Below the pieces are notes generated by a model. That model was not told the origin of the DNA. It saw only the letters and a list, made by a program, of their open reading frames with translations, and made no database searches. This document shows, piece after piece, positions 1 through 6,507 of a stretch of DNA of 25,203 nt. The position numbers and the translations under genes were made by a program. Source of the DNA: a bacterium (lineage in GTDB: Bacteria; Patescibacteriota; Gracilibacteria; JAUYGZ01); assembly GCA_030699855.1 (NCBI GenBank), contig JAUYKR010000108.1, forward strand, positions 1 through 25,203, in the 5' to 3' direction. Every line of letters starts with the position of its first letter. Position 1 is the stretch's first letter.

Positions 1-582
1 CCTCTGGTGCAAGACGGAGATAACCATCATGACGATCAGCAGCGAAAAAAACAGGTAGAGCTGTACCGGATGAATCGGGATGGTATAAGGAACTTCCGCG
101 TTTTCGAAACTGATTCCCCAGGGAAGTTCTGTGGGCTTGCCATAATTATTTCCACCCAGGAAAGCCCCGATGCTTTCGAACAACATGGCAAGAATGCTGG
201 CCGGAACCAGGACATCCATCCACTGTCCGATTTTTTCCTTTTGCCGGGCGGTAAAGTAAAGAAGGGCCAAAAGGAAGAAGATGATTCCGGACCACAGGAG
301 AAACCCACCATCCCAGAGGTACAGCATGGTCATGGGGTCATGCTGATAGCGGACAAAAAAGAGGTATACATATCCTAATCTGGCTCCCACCACCCCCCAA
401 AACAGCAGGGCAAAAAAATGGTCGAGGAAGAATTCTAAGTGCAGGTGCTGATTCTGAGCATGGCGAAGAAACCACAGCACCGCTATAACGAATCCCAGAG
501 CCGTTAGAATTCCGTGAAAAAAGACGGAGATGACTCCGAAGTCAGTGAAAGGGATTTCGAACTGGAAGAGAATGGGGTACAT
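1..582 (-). CDS. lgt: Prolipoprotein diacylglyceryl transferase (Lgt) family protein, 3' end outside the window, catalytic motifs degenerate
   Basis: Not in the ORF track because it has no stop in the window. Manual translation from ATG 582: MYPILFQFEIPFTDFGVISVFFHGILTALGF...GARLGYV...LWDGG...MDVLVP...YGKPTELPWGISF...PIHPVQLY. The MYPILF start, GARLxYV, WxGG, PTxLPWGI and HPxQLY are Lgt hallmarks. It starts 1 nt after the pilin stop. Confidence 0.85.
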   Translation of the reverse strand, partial: MYPILFQFEIPFTDFGVISVFFHGILTALGFVIAVLWFLRHAQNQHLHLEFFLDHFFALLFWGVVGARLGYVYLFFVRYQHDPMTMLYLWDGGFLLWSGIIFFLLALLYFTARQKEKIGQWMDVLVPASILAMLFESIGAFLGGNNYGKPTELPWGISFENAEVPYTIPIHPVQLYLFFSLLIVMMVISVLHQR

Positions 583-583
583 G

Positions 584-892
584 TCAGAGGGCGGTGACGA
601 GCAGTTGAACCAGGTTGACGATCGCGTAGGACAGCATGGCCAAAACAAAACCGCCGATGGCGTAGGTAAGGGTATTTTTACCGCTCTCCCGCATGTCGCT
701 GTAGATTCCCCCCACAATGTACTGATACCCTCCCACCAGAATCATGATGAAGGCGATAATGCCGGCCAAAATAATCAGGGCTTTGATAGCCAAAGCCACT
801 ATTTCTGGCAGGTCGGATAAATGAAAATCTCCGCTCTGAATTTTCTCGACCAGGGTATCACTGATATCTACAAAAAAGTTCTCGTCTGCCAT
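584..892 (-). CDS. TrbC/VirB2-like (T4SS-type) pilin of the CPR type
   Basis: 102 aa with two hydrophobic helices and the pattern AGIIAFIMILVGGYQYI..G......GKNTLTYAIGGFVLAMLSYAIVNLV, typical of CPR VirB2-like pilins. Confidence 0.75.
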   Translation of the reverse strand: MADENFFVDISDTLVEKIQSGDFHLSDLPEIVALAIKALIILAGIIAFIMILVGGYQYIVGGIYSDMRESGKNTLTYAIGGFVLAMLSYAIVNLVQLLVTAL

Positions 893-1912
893 CTAGAAGA
901 AAATGACAGGATTTCTCTTGATTCCATCTACGGTCACTTCGAAGTGCAGGTGAATGCCGGTCTTGCCATAGACACGTCCTGTCCGACCCATGCGGGCAAT
1001 TCGCTGGCCCCTGGCTACGTTCTCCCCTACGGTCACATACAGATCTCGGTTGTGAGCGTAGAGCGTCTTCATGCCATTCCCATGGTTGATGACGATGTGA
1101 CAGCCGTAGCCACCGTTCCATCCGCACTGAGACTTCTCCACCACTCCCGCTTCGGCGGCATAGACGGGAGGCGACTGATTGTTGGCGATGTCCACGGCGT
1201 AGTGACCGGGATTATAGAACTGAGTGTACTTGCCGTCGGTGGGAAAGTGCAGCTTGCCTCCACGATCGGCGATGGAGGTTGAGCCCTTCCAGTTGTCGCC
1301 CAGACCGGAAGACGGAGTGGTATAGGCTGGCAGGTTCTTTTTGGCGTCAGCGACCACGATTTCCATGCCTGCTTTGAGTTCTTTTCCCTTGATCTCATTG
1401 TGCTGGATCAGCTTGTCCTGATCGACTCCGTAAAGAGTGGCGATACTGCTGATGGTTTCCTTACTGCCGACTTTGTGAATGATGCCGTTGGCAATTTTCA
1501 ACTCAGCACCGAGGCGAAGACGTTTGATGTCATAGAGAGAAAGGTTATTGTTGACGATAATATCACTCTCCTTGACCCCATAGCGCTTGGCGATGGAATA
1601 GAGGGTATCACCGGACTCGACTTCAACCATTTGGATGCCCTTTCCACCCTTGCTGTTCTCAGTCGGCACATAGGTTTTGGTCAGAAATCCATCAATTTGC
1701 AGCAGAATCGATTCGGCATACTGGTCTTCGAAATCTGCCCGAGCGATCTGGTATTGGAGGGGCTCATTGGCCAGACTGAAGAAGTTGGGCGAAAGCGCCC
1801 CCACGAAGAAAATAAGGACGCCCATGACGACGGCCCTCCACAGAATTTGCTTCCTCATCTGATTGATAAAGCTGCGATGGCTGCGATCAACCAATTCCTG
1901 CTCAAAATCCAT
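893..1912 (-). CDS. Membrane-anchored LysM-domain M23 family peptidoglycan endopeptidase
   Basis: N-terminal TM; two LysM repeats (VESGDTLYSIAKRYGV, VGSKETISSIATLYGV); M23 zinc motifs HYAVD and HLH; GGYGCHIVINHGNGMKTLYAH. Confidence 0.92.
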   Translation of the reverse strand: MDFEQELVDRSHRSFINQMRKQILWRAVVMGVLIFFVGALSPNFFSLANEPLQYQIARADFEDQYAESILLQIDGFLTKTYVPTENSKGGKGIQMVEVESGDTLYSIAKRYGVKESDIIVNNNLSLYDIKRLRLGAELKIANGIIHKVGSKETISSIATLYGVDQDKLIQHNEIKGKELKAGMEIVVADAKKNLPAYTTPSSGLGDNWKGSTSIADRGGKLHFPTDGKYTQFYNPGHYAVDIANNQSPPVYAAEAGVVEKSQCGWNGGYGCHIVINHGNGMKTLYAHNRDLYVTVGENVARGQRIARMGRTGRVYGKTGIHLHFEVTVDGIKRNPVIFF

Positions 1913-2148
1913 GAGAATGGCCTTCTTCCGATCCTTACGCGCGCTAGAGAACAGTCGGTTGTAGACCCTTCTGAACCAGAAGAATTGGGATCTGCGCTTG
2001 TGGTAGAGATTTTGATGAAAGGAGTCGATAAGACTTCTTTAAGAATCGCTTGATGCCAAAAGTGACTTTACCTCTTTTAAGAGTAGGCCTTCTGGCCCCT
2101 TTCTTCAAGCATTTTTATGATGTTTTTTCGGTTTTGCAAGGAGAGTAT

Positions 2149-2311
2149 GGAGGGGGAAGGGGTTAGTATTTTTGAAGCGAGGACTGCCGATGGCCAAATT
2201 AACTTGTTCAGTTTTATTTGGTTGAAGGTGCAACTGAAGTTAGCAACTTTGACTTTTGGGGAGGGGTAATGGGCAATCCACAGCGAAAAAATACTAACCC
2301 CTTCCCCCTCC
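2149..2311 (-). repeat. Copy 1 of the arm-DR-cargo-DR-arm intergenic element (163 bp)
   Basis: Perfect 25-bp inverted repeat (2149-2173 / 2287-2311) enclosing 113 nt. On the minus strand the core reads TCGCTGT-GGATTGCC...GGCAGTCC-TCGCTTC. It matches the copy 3 core at 93/113 without gaps (manual count). Confidence 0.9.
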
Positions 2312-2314
2312 CAA

Positions 2315-3853
2315 TCAGTGCTTAAATGCTCTTTTACCGGTAAAAACCATCGGGATACCCAGTTCATCGGCCTTGGCGATGACTTCCTGATCGCGGATGG
2401 AGCCGCCGGGTTGAATAATGGCGGCTATCCCGTATTTGGCGGCCTCCTCGACCGAGTCGGCAAAGGGGAAGAAGGCGTCGGAAGCCAGCACTGAACCCTT
2501 GGCCCGTTCGCCGGCCTTACGGACGGCGATTTCCGTCGAATCGACCCGCGACATCTGACCGGCGCCAATGCCCACCGTGGCCTGATCTTTAGTGAGAACA
2601 ATAGCGTTGGATTTGACGTGCTTCACCACTTTCCAGGCGAACAGGAGGTCATTGATTTGAGCTTCGGTCGGACGTTTGGACGTGACATACTGCAAATCCG
2701 CGAGAGCGACGATAGACGTATCGGCATCCTGGGTGATGTAGCCGCCGGAAATTTTCTTGATGTCGAAGGTTTGACCCAAAGGGCAAAGCTCCCCGACTTC
2801 CAATATCCGCAGGCGGCGGCTATCTTTCTCCAATTGTCTGAGCGCCCAGGGCTCGTAGGAGGGAGCCACGATCACCTCGACAAACAACTTTCTTTTTTCC
2901 ATCTCTTCGGCAATTTCCAGGGTCACGGGCCGGTTGAGAGCGATGATCACGCCAAAGGCCGAGCGAGGATCGCAGTCGAGAGCATGGCGAAAGGCCTCGA
3001 GGAGAGAATCATGAGTCGCCAGCCCGCAGGGGTTGGCGTGCTTGACGAAAGAAACGGCCGGCTGAGCGAATTCACGAACCATGTTGAGAGCCGCGTCGGC
3101 ATCCCAATAGTTGAGAAAACTGAGGCCCTTGCCTTCCAGTTGCCTGCAGCTGATCAGGGCCGACTGTTGGCTTTCTTGAGGTATTCGCCAGGCGTCCGAT
3201 CGCTTTTGGTGCGGATTCTCGCCATAGCGCAGCTGTTGGACGTGTTCGGCAGGAAAAAGCCGCAGATGACCCTCGGAGAGATATTTGGTAATGGCGCTGT
3301 CGTATTGAGCGGTGATCCAGAACACTTCGGTCGCCAATTCTTTTCGGGTTTCCGGCAAGACATAGCCCCGATAGTTGCGGAGCTCGACCAGCAGTCGCTC
3401 GTACCAGTCCGGCGAGGGAACGGCAGCAACAGACTGGTGGTTCTTGGCGGCCGAGCGCAGCATGGAAGGCCCGCCAATATCGATCTGCTCGATCACCTCG
3501 TCGAAGGAAGCGCCGCTAGCCACGGTTTCTTGGAAGGGATACAAATTGACCACCACCATGTCGATCAAACCGATGTTTTGTTCGACCAAGGTTTTGAGGT
3601 GCTGATCATTCCCGCGCAAAGCCAACAAGCCACCATGGATAGCCGGATGGAGGGTTTTAACCCTCCCGTCGAGCATTTCCGGAAACCCGGTGTAGTCCTG
3701 TACGGCCGTTACTTTGAGACCGGCTTCGCGAAGTACCTTCTCGGTTCCCCCGGTCGAGATAATTTCATAGTCAAATTCGTTTTGGAGAGCGCTCGCGAAT
3801 GCGACGATTCCCGTTTTGTTGTGGACGGAGATCAGGACTCGTTTGGAGGCCAT
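2315..3853 (-). CDS. purH: Bifunctional AICAR transformylase / IMP cyclohydrolase
   Basis: LISVHNKTG, ISTGGT, GRVKTLHP, IDIGGPSMLRSAAKN, LRYGENPHQ, KHANPCG, GQMSRVDS, ASDAFFPF, IIQPGGSIRD, RAFKH. Confidence 0.98.
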   Translation of the reverse strand: MASKRVLISVHNKTGIVAFASALQNEFDYEIISTGGTEKVLREAGLKVTAVQDYTGFPEMLDGRVKTLHPAIHGGLLALRGNDQHLKTLVEQNIGLIDMVVVNLYPFQETVASGASFDEVIEQIDIGGPSMLRSAAKNHQSVAAVPSPDWYERLLVELRNYRGYVLPETRKELATEVFWITAQYDSAITKYLSEGHLRLFPAEHVQQLRYGENPHQKRSDAWRIPQESQQSALISCRQLEGKGLSFLNYWDADAALNMVREFAQPAVSFVKHANPCGLATHDSLLEAFRHALDCDPRSAFGVIIALNRPVTLEIAEEMEKRKLFVEVIVAPSYEPWALRQLEKDSRRLRILEVGELCPLGQTFDIKKISGGYITQDADTSIVALADLQYVTSKRPTEAQINDLLFAWKVVKHVKSNAIVLTKDQATVGIGAGQMSRVDSTEIAVRKAGERAKGSVLASDAFFPFADSVEEAAKYGIAAIIQPGGSIRDQEVIAKADELGIPMVFTGKRAFKH

Positions 3854-3917
3854 GAAATGGCAGCTTAAAAGCGCGCAGCTAGTCTAACGCAAAAAGGAAG
3901 GATTTGGAAGGGTAACA

Positions 3918-4065
3918 GAGGCGGAAAGGGGGGTTTAATTTTTGAAGTGAGGACCTTCGAAGCGAATAGCGCATCGAAGCCTCTTTGTGACACAGGGCTT
4001 ATCTTTATTCATCTCACGTCCAAATCTTTTCCACAACGAAAAAATCAAACTCCCCTTTCCGCCTC
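3918..4065 (-). repeat. Copy 2 of the arm-DR-cargo-DR-arm intergenic element (148 bp)
   Basis: 26-bp inverted repeat with 24/26 matches (3918-3943 / 4040-4065) enclosing 96 nt. On the minus strand it reads TCGTTGT-GGA...GTCC-TCACTTC. The arms resemble those of copy 1; the interior is unrelated. Confidence 0.8.
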
Positions 4066-4084
4066 GAAGCTTCTCAATCGCCTT

Positions 4085-5107
4085 CTACTGTACGTCAGCA
4101 ATGGAAATCAAGGCTCCACCGTCCTTATCGATTTCGACGAATTGTCGCTTCTTCTCCGACTTCCAGGAACCGGTGTTGAAATACACACCATCGCCAAGCT
4201 GTTTGAAGCCAGCCTTGTGGGCGTGGCCGAACACCACGTAGGCGTAGTCCTCGCCCTCGATATACTGCTTGGCCAAGCCCTCTAATTTTTGGCTGCAATC
4301 AATCTTCTTTTCACTGACATACTGGGCAAAGTGCAGGGCTTTTTCCGCGTAACTGGCATGCTGCTTGAGCAGGTCGGCCTGCCCCCCTTCCAGGCCGATC
4401 TTTTGGATAAGCTGAGCGATGATTTTCCCGTTCGCCTCCACCTTTTTCTTGGATTTAAAGTCTTTGGCCTCAGAAAAATCGTCGTACTGATGGCCATGGC
4501 TGGCGTAGATATTGAGCGGTTCGTTGGAATAGTCGTAGGCAAAGACGATAGGCGCGCTGAAAAACTTTTGCCCAACCAGCAGGCTGATAAAGCAATCGTG
4601 ATTGCCCACCAGATAGGTCACCTGAACCTCTTGAGCCAGACGGCTGAGGCGGTCGAAGACCGGTTTGTAAAGCAGGTACGTGTGGAAGACATCGCCCTTG
4701 AGCATTTCGATCATGTCCCCCACCAGCACCAGCTCGGTGGCGTTTTCCTGGGCGTAGTCGAAGAATTTCATCAGATCGCTGATTAAGTCCGGCGGCGTTT
4801 CCACCGACAGGTGCAGATCGCTGATGAAGAGCACCCGGTCGGCTTTCTTCTTGGGCGGATTGATGGCCTTTTCCAGTTCGTGGAAGTAAGCATGCTGGGT
4901 ATTGACCGTGTACAGGACCAACGCCCCCTGGCGAACTTTATTCAAGACCCCCTGCTTCACCATGGCGTTGAGTTCGCGGTGAGTAGTTCCGGGAGAAGTC
5001 TTGAGCTGCTGGGCGATTTCCAGGCCGTAAAGAGGCTGTTCAAGGTCTTTGAAGAACATCTTGAGCATCTTCAGGCGGATCTTGGAATGGGTCAACCAGG
5101 TAAACAT
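4085..5107 (-). CDS. Winged-HTH fused to a calcineurin-like (LpxH/YbbF-type) metallophosphoesterase
   Basis: N-terminal wHTH (SKIRLKMLKMFF...YGLEIAQQLKTSPGTTHRELNAMVKQGVL) followed by the phosphoesterase motifs SDLH, GD, GNHD, HGH, GHAH and NTGSW. Confidence 0.85.
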   Translation of the reverse strand: MFTWLTHSKIRLKMLKMFFKDLEQPLYGLEIAQQLKTSPGTTHRELNAMVKQGVLNKVRQGALVLYTVNTQHAYFHELEKAINPPKKKADRVLFISDLHLSVETPPDLISDLMKFFDYAQENATELVLVGDMIEMLKGDVFHTYLLYKPVFDRLSRLAQEVQVTYLVGNHDCFISLLVGQKFFSAPIVFAYDYSNEPLNIYASHGHQYDDFSEAKDFKSKKKVEANGKIIAQLIQKIGLEGGQADLLKQHASYAEKALHFAQYVSEKKIDCSQKLEGLAKQYIEGEDYAYVVFGHAHKAGFKQLGDGVYFNTGSWKSEKKRQFVEIDKDGGALISIADVQ

Positions 5108-5235
5108 GGCTTGCAGCTGCTAGCAAAAAAAGACAAAGCCATTGTAGCCCGTCATGAACAGGAAAAAAGCCGAGAAGTAGTACGAGATCATTTTTCTTTT
5201 TTTGAGAAAAGGCCATATTTAACCATACGAGAAAG

Positions 5236-5251
5236 TTAACAAAATTGTTAA
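5236..5251. promoter_or_regulatory. Palindromic operator-like site TTAACAA-AA-TTGTTAA
   Basis: Perfect 7-2-7 palindrome about 130 bp upstream of the wHTH-phosphoesterase start. It overlaps a candidate minus-strand promoter (TTAACA-18-TATGGT). An extra half-site TTGTTAA lies at 5262-5268. Confidence 0.45.
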
Positions 5252-5312
5252 TTTGCACGTATTGTTAAAACTTATGCTTCGGTATCCCACCTTGCCGAAT
5301 AACAGAAAGGAT

Positions 5313-5428
5313 CGCTGTGCAATCCGTTTTGGCGGCAAGTCCTTGTAAATGGCCGAGAGGGACGCGCCGGGGTGGTGGGCCTCACCTCCGGAAGAAAGTA
5401 CTTACCCACCAAAACGGATCGCACAGTG
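5313..5428. ncRNA. Candidate structured RNA or long hairpin (about 26-bp stem, 59-nt interior with a sub-hairpin)
   Basis: 5315-5340 pairs with 5400-5426, and three mismatches become G:U pairs on the minus strand. Inner helix CCGG-GGTG/CACC-T-CCGG. No Rfam family was recognised. Confidence 0.4.
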
Positions 5429-5591
5429 CTGACTGGAGAGATGTAAAAAATCCCTCCAACGATCTTTCAAGGATCCATTGCATTGCAGGGTGATTGCCAC
5501 CCCACAATCATTATTTAAAAAGACGATTCTATATATAGCATATAAATTTTAATTTGTCAAGTACATAGAACTCATACACGCTATGAAAATA

Positions 5592-5620
5592 TTGACAAAA
5601 GCAAAAATATTCTTTATTAT
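5592..5620 (+). promoter_or_regulatory. sigma70-type promoter for the lipoprotein gene
   Basis: TTGACA-17 nt-TATTAT, 32 nt upstream of ATG 5653. Confidence 0.75.
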
Positions 5621-5652
5621 GAGATGAATATTTTATTACTTTTACTTAGTAT

Positions 5653-6429
5653 ATGTCTACAACTCCTGATACACCGCGAGGTGATGAAGCAAGAAACCCA
5701 AGCTCCAGGGTGGGAAAACTGGGGGTGTTGGGCGCGGGACTACTCGCGGCCGGCTGCGCCACCACGGGCGAGATGGAAGCAATAAAGCAGAAAGTAGATG
5801 CTCTTCAAGCCGACGTGGCCAGTGCTGCCAGCGCCACCCTCCATCTTTCCGCACAAGAAGTGGCTGAACTGAGAGGTTACAAAAAAAGATTCAGAGAAAT
5901 GGATTCATTCTTCGAAGAAAGGGAGTTGAAAGCGGCGGAGGAAAAGGAGAAAGAGGTCCTGACAGGAGACGGGCCGGAAAGCCTGCGCGGAAGCATAGCA
6001 GGTGTCCATAGTGCCGGACTCCACCTGGCGCTGGCAATTGCCCAGGCGGAAGTGGGAGCGGTTCATAGCGCGATACCTCTTCAAGAAAAAACGAAACGGT
6101 TTAATGCGCACACAGATGCAGTGCATAACTTCAACGCCTACAAAACAACTCTGGAGACAAGAATCAACAGGGCAAGGAAGTTGGGCGTTACAGTTGGAGC
6201 TGAACTCTTTCCCGATCCCGACTGGACGACCGTTCCTGGTTACCCGGAATTGGAAGCATATCTTGCCAAACAATTTGCTAAAGGGCGCACTGTCGAAGAT
6301 TTCCTTGAAGAGAGAAAGATAGTGGTTTTACCCAAGTTGGAGTCAGAGGCTGATTATACTTGTACTACACCCACGCCTGTACCTGCCACCCCTCCTGCAG
6401 CAAATCCTGAACCTCCATCGGATTTGTAA
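5653..6429 (+). CDS. Hypothetical lipoprotein with an N-terminal coiled coil and a Pro-rich C-terminus
   Basis: Hydrophobic stretch ending in the lipobox LAAG-C35, then EMEAIKQKVDALQADV (heptad-like). Has its own promoter. No family recognised. Confidence 0.75.
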   Translation: MSTTPDTPRGDEARNPSSRVGKLGVLGAGLLAAGCATTGEMEAIKQKVDALQADVASAASATLHLSAQEVAELRGYKKRFREMDSFFEERELKAAEEKEKEVLTGDGPESLRGSIAGVHSAGLHLALAIAQAEVGAVHSAIPLQEKTKRFNAHTDAVHNFNAYKTTLETRINRARKLGVTVGAELFPDPDWTTVPGYPELEAYLAKQFAKGRTVEDFLEERKIVVLPKLESEADYTCTTPTPVPATPPAANPEPPSDL

Positions 6430-6507
6430 ATCACCCCGGTACTGGCGCAAAAGGAAAAGCCCAAGCTGTAAGAATGGCTGTTTAACTTGGCGATCTGACA
6501 CAGCATA

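Noticed and set aside
2149-2311. Element as retron msr-msd, 6S RNA, 5S rRNA, SRP RNA, attC or classical MITE
   Set aside because: There is no RT gene, no consensus sequence of those RNAs and no RYYYAAC/GTTRRRY boxes. The outer inverted repeats are not conserved between copies as MITE ends would be.
2077-2367. 96-aa ORF running through element copy 1; the same frame is open in copy 3 after the radA stop
   Set aside because: It overlaps purH out of frame, and differences between the copies in this frame are almost all non-synonymous, so there is no coding signature.
2618-3868. Long antisense ORFs (also 1400-2053, 4289-4786, 11511-12173, 13293-14060, 18010-19068, 20737-21738, 22222-23055 and the short ones)
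   Set aside because: They are shadow frames of well-supported genes with GC-rich third positions and show no recognisable motifs.
3854-4084. ZTP (pfl) riboswitch expected upstream of purH
   Set aside because: None of the ZTP consensus segments are recognisable; the region is occupied by element copy 2.
5385-5400. CCGGAAGAAAG resembling SRP RNA domain IV
   Set aside because: It is off-centre in the hairpin and lacks the CAGG/AGCAG symmetric loop.
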